Positions 40,036-50,319 of a stretch of 64,000 nt of DNA are shown here, piece by piece. Position 1 is the stretch's first letter, and the number at the start of each line of letters is the position of its first letter. This DNA comes from an uncultured Alphaproteobacteria bacterium (GTDB lineage Bacteria > Pseudomonadota > Alphaproteobacteria > UBA6615): the NCBI GenBank assembly GCA_943787445.1, contig CALSML010000004.1, positions 15,214 to 79,213 on the forward strand, given 5' to 3'. The notes under the pieces are model-generated. The model made no database searches, had not been told where the DNA came from, and saw only the letters and a list, made by a program, of their open reading frames with translations. The translations under genes were made by a program, and so were the position numbers.

Positions 40036-42785
40036 TCGGCCAGGAACGCCTCGGTCGCCTCGATGGCATCCACCAGTCCGACCCGCTCTGGCACGACCGT
40101 ATCGGGAAATGCGCCGAACAATCGGGTTGGGGTGGCCGCATCCAGCACCACGAACACACCTTTGTCGTCACGCCGCCGGATCAGCCGGCCATAGGCCTGT
40201 GCCAGACGCAGCCGGGCCAGCATGTCGTCGTAATTGCGCCCGCCAAAGGCATCACGTCGGGCCCGGTGCAGGATGGTCGGACGTGGCCAGGGGATGCGGT
40301 CGAAGGCCAGCAGGCGGAGCGAGCGCCCCGGCACGTCGACGCCATCGCGCACAGCATCCGTGCCCAGCAGGCAGGCTTCGGTTTCCGCGCGGAAGATATC
40401 GATCAGGGTTGCCACATTGAGCTGATCGATATGCTGGCTATAAAGCGGCAGCCCGGCGGAATCCAGCGCGTCGGCCATACGGGCATGTACCTGACGGAGA
40501 CGCGCAATCGAGGTGAACAGCCCCAGGGCCCCCCCGCCGGAGGCTAGAAACAATTCCCGCATGGCGGCCGCGACCTGATCGGCATCGTTTCGGCGCACAT
40601 CGGTGACCACGAAGACCCTGGTTTGCTGAGCGTAGTCGAAGGGCGATTCGACCCGCGTTCGGATCGCGGGTTTGGGAAGATGAAACGCGCCGGTCCGGGT
40701 TTCTGCCGTCCGCCAGTCAGCTTCGATGTCATCGGTGCGATCGGTCAGGGTGGCCGATGTCACCACCATGCCATGGGCCACCGGTGCCATGGAGGCAGCG
40801 AAAGGCACGGTGGGATCGACCCAGTGGCGGAACAGGCCCGCATCGATCTCCCGTCCGTCGATCCGCTCGACCTCCATCCAGTCGACAAAGGCGTCCGAGG
40901 CGGGTTCGTTGATGGCATCGAGCATGTCGATCCAAGCGCCCAAGGTCATCTCAGCGCGCCGCTGCAGGGCGCGGCTGACGGCTTCGATACGCACGCGCAT
41001 GGCACTTTCGAGTTCGTCGGCATCCTCATCAAGGCGTCGCAGCAGTCGTGTGCAGAGTTTGCGCAAGGGCGTGGCCAGAGCGACCAGAGCCTCGCGCAGA
41101 TCCTCGGCCGCACCGGGCAGGTCTTCGGCCGGCGGGCGGACATCGGTTTCCAGCGAGTACGGACCGGCATCGGCCGGCGCCCGCGCGAAGACCTGCAGGC
41201 GACACTTGGCGAGAAAGGTCTCTGCTGCACCTTCAGGAGTGTTGCCGGACAGGCGATTGAGCCAGGCCGGAGCGGGCAGCACCTGCGCGGCCTCGAGCGC
41301 GGCGGCCAGTGCATCCTGAGAATCGGAATCATCGGCCGCGATCAAATCCTCGACCCGTTCCCGCAAACCCCGGGCGCGGCCCCCCGAACGTCGCCGCCCG
41401 GCGCCTTCCGCTCCCAGCAGCCAGCGCCGCAGATCGGCCATTTCGCGCCCGCTGAGATGGGCGGCGAAGGCCGAATCCGCAGCGTCGAAGACATGATGTC
41501 CCTCATCGAAGACATAGCGCGTCGGCAGGGTGCTCTCTTCGCCATTGCCGCTTCCCATGGCCGCCTGGATCATCACCAGCGCGTGGTTGGCGACCACAAG
41601 CCGCGCACGCCGGGCCTTGCGGATCGAATGCTCAACGAAACAGCGGCTGTAATGCGAGCAGGCCGAATAGATGCATTCGCCCCGCCGGTCCGCCAATCCC
41701 AGAGTGGCGCCGACCCCGACAAGATCGACCAGCCAGGCCGGGAAATCACTACCCAGATCGCCATCCCGTGTCGCCTGCACCCAGCGTGCGGTCAGGGCGA
41801 CGCCGACCGCATTGCGTTTCTGCAGGGCCGTGAACCGCCCGGCGACATCTTCCAGATTGAGCAGGCAGAGATAATTTTCGCGTCCCTTACGGATCACCAC
41901 CTGCCGCGCCTTGGTGTCGGGATCGGGATAAAGGTGGTCGAGTTCCTGATCGATCTGCTGCTGCAGGTTCCGGGTATAGGTGCTGATCCAGACCGGGCCG
42001 GCATTCTTCTCCGACCAGACACTGGCGGGCGCGATATAGCCCAGGGTTTTGCCGGTCCCGGTGCCCGCTTCGGCCAGAACCACATTGGGCGTGTCGGGGG
42101 CGCTGGGTGGTGCAAAGGCAGCCGAGACAGCGGCTGCGTAGTCACTTTGTCCGACACGGATTTCGGCATCATCACCCAGCAGGGCGCCCAGCCGTTCGCG
42201 GGCTTCGTCTTCCGACACCGCGTCATTTGCACGTGGGGGTTCGAGCGCGGCTTCGGCCCATTCGGGGACCTTGCGCCACACGGCCAGCGCACTGGTCGCG
42301 GCGGCGGCACCGGTGTCGCTCAGAGCCACCGCATCGAGAGCATCGAGAACGAGGGGCCCCCAGAGCCATCCGGCCCGCTGGAGCGCCTTGGCGATCGATA
42401 CCAGATCGTTCCGTTCGTCCAGATTGGCGGCGATGTCATCCAGCAGGAAACCCGCAATCGCGACGAGGATTTCCACATCCTCCGCGCTTGGGGGGGCATC
42501 GATCCCCAGAGTGCGGGCGAGGCCGCGAATCGTCGGCAGGGTGAAAGCTGCGGGACGGGCATAGGCAAACAATTCGAGCACGTCATAGCCGTCGATATGC
42601 TCGACCCCGAGACGTCGGGCGGTGGAGGGTGCGTGGCACAGAATGGGCGGGCTTGCCTGGGCGCGGCGTGCGGCTTCATCGGCGGCCAGAGCTTCGCTGT
42701 CGCCCCCCGGCGCGCGCCATGACGCAAAGGACCGTGACGCCACAAGCGCGGGCAGTTCGTGGGAGATGGCGGATGAACCAGACAT
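40032..42785 (-). CDS. DinG/Rad3-family ATP-dependent DNA helicase
   Basis: 917 aa with Walker A 'AGTGTGKTLGY', 'VFDEGHHV' (DEGH box) and a Cys cluster 'ECIYSACSHYSRCF'. Intact. Confidence 0.8.
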   Translation of the reverse strand: MSGSSAISHELPALVASRSFASWRAPGGDSEALAADEAARRAQASPPILCHAPSTARRLGVEHIDGYDVLELFAYARPAAFTLPTIRGLARTLGIDAPPSAEDVEILVAIAGFLLDDIAANLDERNDLVSIAKALQRAGWLWGPLVLDALDAVALSDTGAAAATSALAVWRKVPEWAEAALEPPRANDAVSEDEARERLGALLGDDAEIRVGQSDYAAAVSAAFAPPSAPDTPNVVLAEAGTGTGKTLGYIAPASVWSEKNAGPVWISTYTRNLQQQIDQELDHLYPDPDTKARQVVIRKGRENYLCLLNLEDVAGRFTALQKRNAVGVALTARWVQATRDGDLGSDFPAWLVDLVGVGATLGLADRRGECIYSACSHYSRCFVEHSIRKARRARLVVANHALVMIQAAMGSGNGEESTLPTRYVFDEGHHVFDAADSAFAAHLSGREMADLRRWLLGAEGAGRRRSGGRARGLRERVEDLIAADDSDSQDALAAALEAAQVLPAPAWLNRLSGNTPEGAAETFLAKCRLQVFARAPADAGPYSLETDVRPPAEDLPGAAEDLREALVALATPLRKLCTRLLRRLDEDADELESAMRVRIEAVSRALQRRAEMTLGAWIDMLDAINEPASDAFVDWMEVERIDGREIDAGLFRHWVDPTVPFAASMAPVAHGMVVTSATLTDRTDDIEADWRTAETRTGAFHLPKPAIRTRVESPFDYAQQTRVFVVTDVRRNDADQVAAAMRELFLASGGGALGLFTSIARLRQVHARMADALDSAGLPLYSQHIDQLNVATLIDIFRAETEACLLGTDAVRDGVDVPGRSLRLLAFDRIPWPRPTILHRARRDAFGGRNYDDMLARLRLAQAYGRLIRRRDDKGVFVVLDAATPTRLFGAFPDTVVPERVGLVDAIEATEAFLAD

Positions 42786-42987
42786 TGGCGCGACATTAGC
42801 CGGACGGTCCCGAATCTCTAAAGTTTTCCGGAAACTTTCGTCGAATTCGCGTCAAACCTGATTTGTATCTCGGCAAAATCCTGAGCGAAACGAGGTGACG
42901 TGGCCGCCCGGAACGCCAAAATAAGGGCCTGCGATCATCGGACTGTTTCGGCAGTGCGTGATTGCTGTCCAGCAAGAGGAGTGGGAA

Positions 42988-43176
42988 ATGAATATCGGAT
43001 CAGTAAGTCAGGTATCGACACTCGTCCCGGATTCGGCCGCCGGCAAACCCGCCTTCCCGGCCGGTGAAACTCAGGCCCCCGGTCAGTCCTGGGCGACTTC
43101 CACGGAAGTTGAAAACTGGGCCGGAGACAAGCCACCGGCTGAACCTGCTTCACAGAGGGTCGACATCCGGGTTTGA
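42988..43176 (+). CDS. small hypothetical protein (62 aa)
   Basis: GAGGAG lies 8 nt upstream of the ATG. 'MNIGSVSQVSTLVPDSAAGKP...' is low-complexity and Pro/Ala-rich. No family recognised. Confidence 0.4.
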   Translation: MNIGSVSQVSTLVPDSAAGKPAFPAGETQAPGQSWATSTEVENWAGDKPPAEPASQRVDIRV

Positions 43177-43213
43177 CGATCCGGGTCGTGGTTATCAGGG
43201 CCATGCAGCCCGG

Positions 43214-43241
43214 TTGACCTGATTCCGCCCCGCGCCTAGGT
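43214..43241 (+). promoter_or_regulatory. candidate promoter of lysK (TTGACC-N16-CTAGGT)
   Basis: The hexamers lie about 40 nt upstream of ATG 43280. Motif match only. Confidence 0.3.
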
Positions 43242-43279
43242 TCCGCCCCGGGTTCACAGGCGAAGAAATACGGGCGCAG

Positions 43280-44881
43280 ATGGCGATCGATCGCGAGTTG
43301 GCACAGGCCACAAAGGCCTGGCCGTTTCAGGAAGCACGAACAGTCATTGATCGGCTGGGGGGCGCAGGTGCGTCCAACACGCCGGACAAGGGGTATGTGC
43401 TGTTCGAGACCGGCTATGGCCCGTCCGGACTGCCGCATATTGGAACCTTTGGCGAGGTTGCACGCACGACCATGGTGCGCAACGCCTTTGCGGCCATGTC
43501 GGATATTCCGACCAAGCTGATTGCGTTTTCCGATGACATGGACGGGTTGCGCAAGGTGCCGGAAAACGTACCCGAGCAGGAAATGCTGACCGCCCATCTC
43601 GGCAAGCCCCTGACCGAAGTGCCGGACCCGTTTGGCACCCATGACAGTTTTGGTGCTCACAACAATGCGCGCCTGCAGGCCTTTCTCGACACCTTTGGTT
43701 TCGACTACGAGTTTCGCAGCTCGACGAAATGCTATCGCGCCGGTGAGTTCGATACGACGCTGCTGAAGATGCTCGCGAATTACGATGCGGTCATGCAGGT
43801 GATCCTGCCCACTCTGGGCCAGGAGCGGCGGGCAACCTACAGCCCGTTCCTGCCGATCTGCCCGCGCACCGGTGTCGTCCTGCAGGTTCCCATGGAACAG
43901 GTGAACCCGGATGCCGGGACCATCGTCTATCGCGATCCCGAGACCGACGAGATGGTGGAAACACCGGTCACCGGAGGCGCCTGCAAGCTGCAGTGGAAGG
44001 CTGACTGGGCCATGCGCTGGGTGGCATTGTCCGTGGACTACGAAATGTCAGGTAAGGATCTGATCGATTCGGTGAATCTCTCGGGCCGCATCTGCCGCAT
44101 TCTTGGTGCGAAGCCGCCCGCCGGGCTGACCTATGAACTCTTCCTCGACGAAAATGGTGAAAAGATTTCCAAGTCCCGCGGAAATGGCCTGACCATTGAG
44201 GACTGGCTGACCTATGGGCCGCCCGAAAGCCTGTCCCAGTTCATGTTCGCCAAGCCGAAGACGGCCAAGCGCCTGTTCTTCGACGTCATTCCGAAATCGG
44301 TTGATGAATATCTGTCTCATGTGACGAAGTTTCCGACCCAGGAATCCGACCTGCAGCTCGCCAATCCAGCTTGGCATATCCACACCGGTGACGTGCCACC
44401 GCCGGGCGCCGATCTGTCCTTCGGGGTTCTGCTGAACCTGGCGGGTGCCTGCAACTCCGAAGACACGGAGGTGCTCTGGGGGTTCATCGCGCGCTATGCC
44501 GCAGGTGCTACGCCGGAGAACAGCCCGATGCTCGACCGGCTGGTCGGCCATGCGATTGCCTATTACCGGGATTTCGTGAAACCGACCAAGCAGTACCGCG
44601 CACCGACGGAAGCCGAACAGGCCGCGCTGGCCGATCTGGCTGCGCGGTTCGCCGCGCTGCCCGACAATCCGGATGCCGGCATGATGCAGGACGAAGTCTA
44701 TGCCGTCGGTAAGGAACACGAATTCGAACCGCTGCGCGACTGGTTCAAGGCGCTTTACGAAGTTCTGTTCGGCCAGAGCCAAGGACCGCGTTTCGGGTCC
44801 TTTGCCGCACTTTATGGCCGTGATGAAACGGTGGCGCTGCTCAACCGCGCGCTGGCTGGTGAGGATTTGAGCGCGGGATAG
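43280..44881 (+). CDS. lysK: lysine--tRNA ligase, class I
   Basis: 533 aa with the 'HIGH'-type '[13 protein letters not shown]' and the 'KMSKS'-type 'KISKSRGNG'. Confidence 0.9.
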   Translation: MAIDRELAQATKAWPFQEARTVIDRLGGAGASNTPDKGYVLFETGYGPSGLPHIGTFGEVARTTMVRNAFAAMSDIPTKLIAFSDDMDGLRKVPENVPEQEMLTAHLGKPLTEVPDPFGTHDSFGAHNNARLQAFLDTFGFDYEFRSSTKCYRAGEFDTTLLKMLANYDAVMQVILPTLGQERRATYSPFLPICPRTGVVLQVPMEQVNPDAGTIVYRDPETDEMVETPVTGGACKLQWKADWAMRWVALSVDYEMSGKDLIDSVNLSGRICRILGAKPPAGLTYELFLDENGEKISKSRGNGLTIEDWLTYGPPESLSQFMFAKPKTAKRLFFDVIPKSVDEYLSHVTKFPTQESDLQLANPAWHIHTGDVPPPGADLSFGVLLNLAGACNSEDTEVLWGFIARYAAGATPENSPMLDRLVGHAIAYYRDFVKPTKQYRAPTEAEQAALADLAARFAALPDNPDAGMMQDEVYAVGKEHEFEPLRDWFKALYEVLFGQSQGPRFGSFAALYGRDETVALLNRALAGEDLSAG

Positions 44882-44922
44882 GTTTCCCTTCCTTCGTCCG
44901 ATCTGTCGTGGTCCCGCCATGG

Positions 44923-44945
44923 ATGCCCGGAGCACGTCCGGGCAT
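44923..44945. terminator. hairpin between convergent lysK and the aminotransferase gene
   Basis: ATGCCCGGA-GCACG-TCCGGGCAT, a perfect 9-bp stem. There is no clear U-tract. Confidence 0.4.
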
Positions 44946-44962
44946 GACGATCAGGTTTCGAA

Positions 44963-45805
44963 TCACCCCGAATGGGCGAAGTCCCAGTACAGCTCCCGTG
45001 CCCGGCGATAGATCGGGCCGGGTTGCAGCTTCCGGTCCTCAAAGCGCGTCACCGGCTGGACCTTGCCGTAGTTGCCGGAATTGAAAATTTCGTCGGCGTC
45101 ATGCAACTCGGCCACCTGCACCGTGCGCTCTTGCACCTCGATCCCGTCGTCGCGCATCAGTGTGATCAGGCGTTGCCGGGTGATGCCGTTGAGGAAGGAA
45201 TCATTCGGGATCGGTGTGATCGCGACACCATCTTTCACGATCCAGATATTGGCTGTTGCGAATTCGGCCACATGTCCCATGGAATCGCACATCACGGGGT
45301 TCTGAAATCCGCGGTCGCGGGCATCGATGATCGCGCGCGAGGAATTGGGATAATGACACGATGCCTTGGCATCCGTCGGCGCGGTTTCGGAATTGGGCCG
45401 CCGGAACGGGCTCAGGCAGGCGCTGAAGCCTTCACCATCGGGCATCGGCGCATCGAACACGGTCAGGACAAATCTTGTGCTTGCGGGATCAGGTGCCAGC
45501 AGGCCGCTCCCGGCATCGGCATAGAGCATGGGCCGGATATAGACTTCCGCATCGGGTCCGAAACGGCGAACACCGTCGAGCCCGATTTCCATGATGTCTT
45601 CTGCGCTGAGGGGTGATTTCAGGTGCAGGCTGCGTGCGGAATTCACCACGCGCTGGCAATGTCGGTCGAGATCGGGTGTCACATTCTCGAAGGCGCGCGC
45701 GCCGTCGAAAACGATGGAGCCCAGCCAGATCGCATGGGATGTGGCGCCGATGACCGGAACATTGCCCTCATGCCAGTCGCCGTCGATGAACGTCAGTGCG
45801 GTCAA
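44963..45805 (-). CDS. class IV aminotransferase (branched-chain/D-amino-acid aminotransferase family)
   Basis: 280 aa with fold-type IV motifs 'EATTANIWIV'-like ('EFATANIWIVKDG') and 'LNGITRQ'. Confidence 0.8.
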   Translation of the reverse strand: MTALTFIDGDWHEGNVPVIGATSHAIWLGSIVFDGARAFENVTPDLDRHCQRVVNSARSLHLKSPLSAEDIMEIGLDGVRRFGPDAEVYIRPMLYADAGSGLLAPDPASTRFVLTVFDAPMPDGEGFSACLSPFRRPNSETAPTDAKASCHYPNSSRAIIDARDRGFQNPVMCDSMGHVAEFATANIWIVKDGVAITPIPNDSFLNGITRQRLITLMRDDGIEVQERTVQVAELHDADEIFNSGNYGKVQPVTRFEDRKLQPGPIYRRARELYWDFAHSG

Positions 45806-45940
45806 GTCTGCGCTCCTGCGTTAAATTCCGTGCAAAGGATAGCGTTATCCGCAACGCGGGCGCGACCCTTCATTGCGATGCGCGCATCTGTCCTGTCGGC
45901 AGGGCTTTACGGTGAGGCCACGCGAACGCATATTCCTGAT

Positions 45941-46501
45941 ATGGCCATACTCAAAATCGCCCGCATGGGGCACCCGATTCTGCGCACCCGCGCCAGTGAA
46001 GTCCCTGATCCGACCGCACCCGAAGTGTCGCGGCTTGTTTCAGCCATGGTGGAAACCATGGAGGATGCCGATGGTACGGGACTGGCCGCGCCCCAGGTCC
46101 ATATGCCCTGGCGCATCGTGGTCTACATGGTGGATGGCCAACGTGCTTCCGAGGAAGAGGAGGGCGATATCGTCGGCGGTGTGCCCCTGACCGTGCTCGT
46201 GAATCCGGTGATCGAATTTCTCGACGAGGAAACGAGCATTGGTTTTGAGGCGTGTTTGTCCGTCCCTGGCATGGCTGGCCCTGTACGGCGTCATGAAAAT
46301 ATCCGCGTGACCTATCAGACACTCGAAAATGAAGAGATTGTCTTCGAGGCGCATGGCTTTCACGCCCGGGTGATCCAGCACGAATGTGATCATCTCGACG
46401 GTGTTCTCTACACCGCGCGGATCGAGGACATGTCCCAGTTCGGTTTTGTTGAGGAACTCGGCAAGGCGCAGGCGGACACCGCGGACGGGGATGATGGCTG
46501 A
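45941..46501 (+). CDS. def: peptide deformylase
   Basis: 'GLAAPQV', 'EACLSVPG' and 'QHECDHLDG' motifs. Start at 'MAILKIARMGHP'. Confidence 0.9.
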   Translation: MAILKIARMGHPILRTRASEVPDPTAPEVSRLVSAMVETMEDADGTGLAAPQVHMPWRIVVYMVDGQRASEEEEGDIVGGVPLTVLVNPVIEFLDEETSIGFEACLSVPGMAGPVRRHENIRVTYQTLENEEIVFEAHGFHARVIQHECDHLDGVLYTARIEDMSQFGFVEELGKAQADTADGDDG

Positions 46502-47168
46502 AACGACGCCGGAATATCTCGTGCGCGAACGCCAGCTGATACTGGAGGCCGCGTTGCCGCATGTTCCGTTTGACGGCTGGTCGCAGGCGACTCTGCGTCT
46601 CGCGGCAAAGGAGGCCGGGTTCGACGTGAACATGGCCGCGCTCGCCTTTCCGGGGGGTATGACCGAGATTGTCGAATACTGGAGCGCGACGGCAGATGCC
46701 GCAATGGTGGCACGCTATGGCGAGGCCGACACCGATTCCATGCGGTTTCGGGACAGGATCACGTTTTTGGTGCGTGCGCGCATCGAAGTGGTCGTTGATC
46801 ATCGCGAGGCGGTGCGTCGGGCGATGACCCATGTCACCCGTCCCTCGAAAGCGCAAACCGGTGTTCGCGGACTTTATCGAACCGTGGATGACATGTGGTG
46901 TGCGGCCGGTGACACGTCGACGGATTTCAGTTTCTACACCAAACGCGGGACGCTCGCGGCGGTCTATGCGTCGACACTGCTGTACTGGCTGGATGACGCA
47001 TCGGAGGAGTCCGCGGCGACCTGGGCATTTCTGGATCGCCGGATTGCCGGCGTGATGCGTATTCCCCAGAAACGGGCAAAGCTGAAAGGTGCGGCGGGCT
47101 ATGTGCCCGACCCCAAACGGTTCGCACGGATGCTGTCCGAACGCCTGCGCGAAGGCCGCGCCCGCTAG
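46491..47168 (+). CDS. COQ9 family protein
   Basis: About 225 aa with 'ILEAALPHVPFDGWS' and 'FSFYTKRGTLAAVYASTLLYWLDD'. The start overlaps the def stop. Confidence 0.7.
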   Translation: MMAETTPEYLVRERQLILEAALPHVPFDGWSQATLRLAAKEAGFDVNMAALAFPGGMTEIVEYWSATADAAMVARYGEADTDSMRFRDRITFLVRARIEVVVDHREAVRRAMTHVTRPSKAQTGVRGLYRTVDDMWCAAGDTSTDFSFYTKRGTLAAVYASTLLYWLDDASEESAATWAFLDRRIAGVMRIPQKRAKLKGAAGYVPDPKRFARMLSERLREGRAR

Positions 47169-48262
47169 TCGTTCGTCGGTTTTCCCAGAAAGTTCACATG
47201 ACCCATCTTGCGTCCGGGCCGTGTTTCCGTCTTGCCGTAGAGATGTAGTTTTGCCTTCGGGTCATCGAGAAAGTTCGGCCAGTCATCGACATCCGCACCG
47301 ATCAGGTTCTTCATCACCGCATCGCAGCGGCGTGACGGATCACCCAACGGTAGGCCACAGATGGCACGGACCAGCTGTTCGAACTGACCGGTGCGACAGG
47401 CATCCATGGTCCAGTGTCCGGAATTGTGTGGCCGAGGCGCGACCTCATTGACCAGTACATCGCCTTTGGCTGTCACGAACATTTCGATGGCGAGCAACCC
47501 GACCACATCCAGTCCTTCAACCAGACGTATTGCGATATCGTTTGCCGCAGCAGCCATGTCCGGGCTGATATCGGCGGGTGCGATCGTTTCGTCCAGAATG
47601 TGATGTGCGTGCCGGTTCTCCACCGGGCTGAAGGCAGCTGCCGCGCCATGCGTACCGCGTGCGACGATGACGGAAATCTCGCAGGTAAAATCCACGAAAC
47701 CTTCCAGGATGCCGTATTCGGTCGCGGGACCCGCACCGCTTTCGGTCCAGGCGGCTGTCAGGTCTGTGTCAGCCTTGATCGAGACCTGACCCTTGCCGTC
47801 ATACCCCATGCGGACCGTTTTCAGGACCGATGGGGTGCCGATATCAGCGACGGCCTGTTTCAGTTCTTCTGCAGTGGTCACGGCCCGGAAGGGAGCCGTG
47901 GCAATGCCAAGGCTGTTGGCGAAACTCTTTTCGCTGAGGCGGTTCTGGGCAACGGCCTGCACGGCGGGGGCAGGATGGACGGGTGTCCGATCGGCGATCC
48001 GCTCAAGGGTCGTGATTGGCACATTCTCGAATTCGAGGGTGGCCACGTCCACGGCGGCTGCGAAGGCGTCCACCGCCGACATATCGTCAAACGCTGCAAG
48101 GGTGGTCTGCGCTGCGACCTGCGCGGCGGGTTCGTCGGCGCTCTGGCAATAGATATGGCAGCGATAGCCCAGATTGGCAGCTGCAAGGGCCGTCATCCGG
48201 CCCAGCTGACCACCGCCAAGAATTCCAATGGTTGCCCCGGGTGGGAGCGGAGATCCCGACAT
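47165..48262 (-). CDS. purK: 5-(carboxyamino)imidazole ribonucleotide synthase
   Basis: 'IGILGGGQLGRM' and an ATP-grasp fold. The chosen start is 4 nt after the purE stop. Confidence 0.9.
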   Translation of the reverse strand: MSGSPLPPGATIGILGGGQLGRMTALAAANLGYRCHIYCQSADEPAAQVAAQTTLAAFDDMSAVDAFAAAVDVATLEFENVPITTLERIADRTPVHPAPAVQAVAQNRLSEKSFANSLGIATAPFRAVTTAEELKQAVADIGTPSVLKTVRMGYDGKGQVSIKADTDLTAAWTESGAGPATEYGILEGFVDFTCEISVIVARGTHGAAAAFSPVENRHAHHILDETIAPADISPDMAAAANDIAIRLVEGLDVVGLLAIEMFVTAKGDVLVNEVAPRPHNSGHWTMDACRTGQFEQLVRAICGLPLGDPSRRCDAVMKNLIGADVDDWPNFLDDPKAKLHLYGKTETRPGRKMGHVNFLGKPTND

Positions 48263-48266
48263 CGGC

Positions 48267-48761
48267 TCAGGCGTCGTCGCGCGGTGCATCTGCCACCGCA
48301 TCAGTCTGGGCAGCGCGCCACGCATCCAGTGCCGTGGCCACGGCGGGGTCGTTCAGCGCGACAACCGAGGCGGCTATCAGGGCTGCGTTAACGGCACCGG
48401 CACGGCCGATGGCCAGGGTGCCGACGGGGACACCAGCGGGCATCTGGACGATGGAGAGCAGACTGTCCATGCCGGACAGGGCCTTACTTTCAACTGGTAC
48501 CCCGAACACCGGCAGGGGAGTCATGGCAGCGGTCATGCCCGGCAGATGGGCGGCGCCGCCGGCCCCGGCAATGATCACCTTGAGGCCGCGATCGCGGGCG
48601 GTATGCGCATAGTCGCGCATGCGCTCGGGTGTGCGATGAGCTGAGATGATTTTGACCTCATGGGCGACACCCAGTGAATCGAGGGTATCGGCGGCATGAT
48701 GCATGGTTTCCCAGTCGGACTGGCTTCCCATGATAATTCCGACGACCGGTGTGTCGGCCAT
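48267..48761 (-). CDS. purE: 5-(carboxyamino)imidazole ribonucleotide mutase
   Basis: '[11 protein letters not shown]' and '[14 protein letters not shown]' motifs. Start at 'MADTPVV'. Confidence 0.9.
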   Translation of the reverse strand: MADTPVVGIIMGSQSDWETMHHAADTLDSLGVAHEVKIISAHRTPERMRDYAHTARDRGLKVIIAGAGGAAHLPGMTAAMTPLPVFGVPVESKALSGMDSLLSIVQMPAGVPVGTLAIGRAGAVNAALIAASVVALNDPAVATALDAWRAAQTDAVADAPRDDA

Positions 48762-48957
48762 ATCGTGCTCCTGAAGCGGCTTTGAGGGCAATGATGCCCG
48801 GAAAAGCGGCGGATTATAGAACCGGGAGTGCCTGTGGCAAGCTCGCAGGCGTGAGTCCTGCAATTGGCCCGACTGTTAAAAGCTTTGTTAACCATTGGCG
48901 GAATAGGCTGAAGCAGCTTATTTTGGCGCTATCCGCGAGGCTGGCGCCCCGATTGTA

Positions 48958-49623
48958 TTGGAATCAACGGGCCGAAATACGAAGATTGACCGCAATCGTC
49001 CCCAAAGTACCGGCCAGGTTGTTTCAGCACGATCAGCAGAAGCGGCCAGCCGCGCTTATGGTGCGCAGGATGCCACGGCCGCCTCGCCGGCGCGCGCGAC
49101 CGGCGATGTTGCGACCATCGCAGGACTGTTCGAAGCGGAACTGACCCCGAAGGTGCGTCAGGCGCTGGATATGCTGATGAGCGAAGTGCAGCGGATGCGT
49201 GAGGAACTCAGTCAGGCCCGGCACCGCATTTCCTATCTCGAAAAGCTGGCGGATGAGGACACATTAGTTCCGGTGGCAAACCGGCGGGCCTTTGTGCGTG
49301 AGATGAGCCGGATGGTGGCTTATGCGGGACGCTATGGCGCCCATACCAGCGTGCTCTATTTTGATGTCAACGGCTTCAAGCAGATCAATGATCAGCATGG
49401 ACACGCGGTCGGCGATGCTGCGCTTCAGCATGTCGCCATGTTGCTGGCGGAGAATATCCGGGAATCCGATATCGTCGGACGCCTTGGCGGTGATGAATTT
49501 GATGTGATCCTGGCGCAGGCTGACAGTGAAGCCGCAAACGAGAAGGCAACATCCCTGTCTCTCTCCGTGTCCTTCGGCGCCTATTCGTTCTCAGGGGGCG
49601 AGGATGCGGGTGAAGCACTATAG
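48958..49623 (+). CDS. GGDEF-domain diguanylate cyclase ending at a premature in-frame TAG
   Basis: 'RLGGDEFDVIL' with the RxxD I-site 'RESD' 5 residues upstream. There is a coiled-coil N-terminus and a non-ATG (TTG) start. The conserved C-terminal 'ADKAMYAQK' lies in frame after TAG 49621-49623. Confidence 0.7.
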   Translation: MESTGRNTKIDRNRPQSTGQVVSARSAEAASRAYGAQDATAASPARATGDVATIAGLFEAELTPKVRQALDMLMSEVQRMREELSQARHRISYLEKLADEDTLVPVANRRAFVREMSRMVAYAGRYGAHTSVLYFDVNGFKQINDQHGHAVGDAALQHVAMLLAENIRESDIVGRLGGDEFDVILAQADSEAANEKATSLSLSVSFGAYSFSGGEDAGEAL

Positions 49624-49682
49624 CAGGCTGACAAGGCGATGTACGCCCAGAAACAGAGCCGCGCCGCCGGCTAGACAGCGTT

Positions 49683-49898
49683 TCAGGCAATGATGTCGGG
49701 CAGCAGCACGCTCTCGAGCTTCAGAATTTCATCCTTTAATCCAAGCTTGCGCTTTTTCAGGCGCTGAATCTGCAACTGATCGAAAGGCTGTTCGGCGCTG
49801 ATCCGGGCAATCACATCATCGAGGTCGCGATGTTCGGTTTGCAGCTCTGTCAGGCGATGCTGCATTTGCTCGATACTGGTCTGGTTGTCTTGCGACAC
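49683..49898 (-). CDS. DUF465 (YdcH-like) protein
   Basis: 71 aa with 'LQTEHRDLDDVI' and 'LKKRKLGLKDEI'. Confidence 0.75.
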   Translation of the reverse strand: MSQDNQTSIEQMQHRLTELQTEHRDLDDVIARISAEQPFDQLQIQRLKKRKLGLKDEILKLESVLLPDIIA

Positions 49899-50076
49899 GT
49901 GTCACCCTGATTGGTCGTTCCGGGGATGAGTATGTCAAAGCTTGGCTTCGAAAGCAGACTATCGACATTCCGTGGTCCGACTATTGTCTGGCTTTTCAGA
50001 GCGCGGAGAATCGTCCTAACATTTTCCTGATAATTTCAAGTTGCCCTAGCTCAAGAAGGAGACGCTTCACGTGACA

Positions 50077-50238
50077 ATGCAGCCAAGGATCAATGAGTTG
50101 AAACGCCGCCACGCCAGTCTCGATGAGGCCATCAATGGCGAGGCACACCGACCAGCACCCGATCAGGCCGCGCTCGCGGAACTCAAGAAGCAGAAATTGA
50201 AGCTGAAAGAAGAAATATCCGTGATGGAAAACACCTGA
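50077..50238 (+). CDS. DUF465 (YdcH-like) protein, second copy (below the ORF-track length cut-off)
   Basis: My own translation is 'MQPRINELKRRHASLDEAI...LKKQKLKLKEEISVMENT*'. GAAGGAG lies upstream, and GTG 50071 is an alternative start. Confidence 0.6.
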   Translation: MQPRINELKRRHASLDEAINGEAHRPAPDQAALAELKKQKLKLKEEISVMENT

Positions 50239-50269
50239 CGATCAGGTGCCCATTCCGGAGACAAACAGC

Positions 50270-50299
50270 AAAAAGGCGGCTCGCAGGAGCCGCCTTTTT
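50270..50299. terminator. bidirectional rho-independent terminator
   Basis: AAAAAGGCGGCTC-GCAG-GAGCCGCCTTTTT lies between the convergent DUF465 and acyl-CoA synthetase genes. Confidence 0.75.
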
Positions 50300-50319
50300 C
50301 GTTGTGGAGTCTGATTTCT

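Noticed and set aside
40623-42722. 699-aa ORF on the + strand
   Set aside because: It is a shadow ORF antisense to the DinG-like helicase, which itself carries clear helicase motifs.
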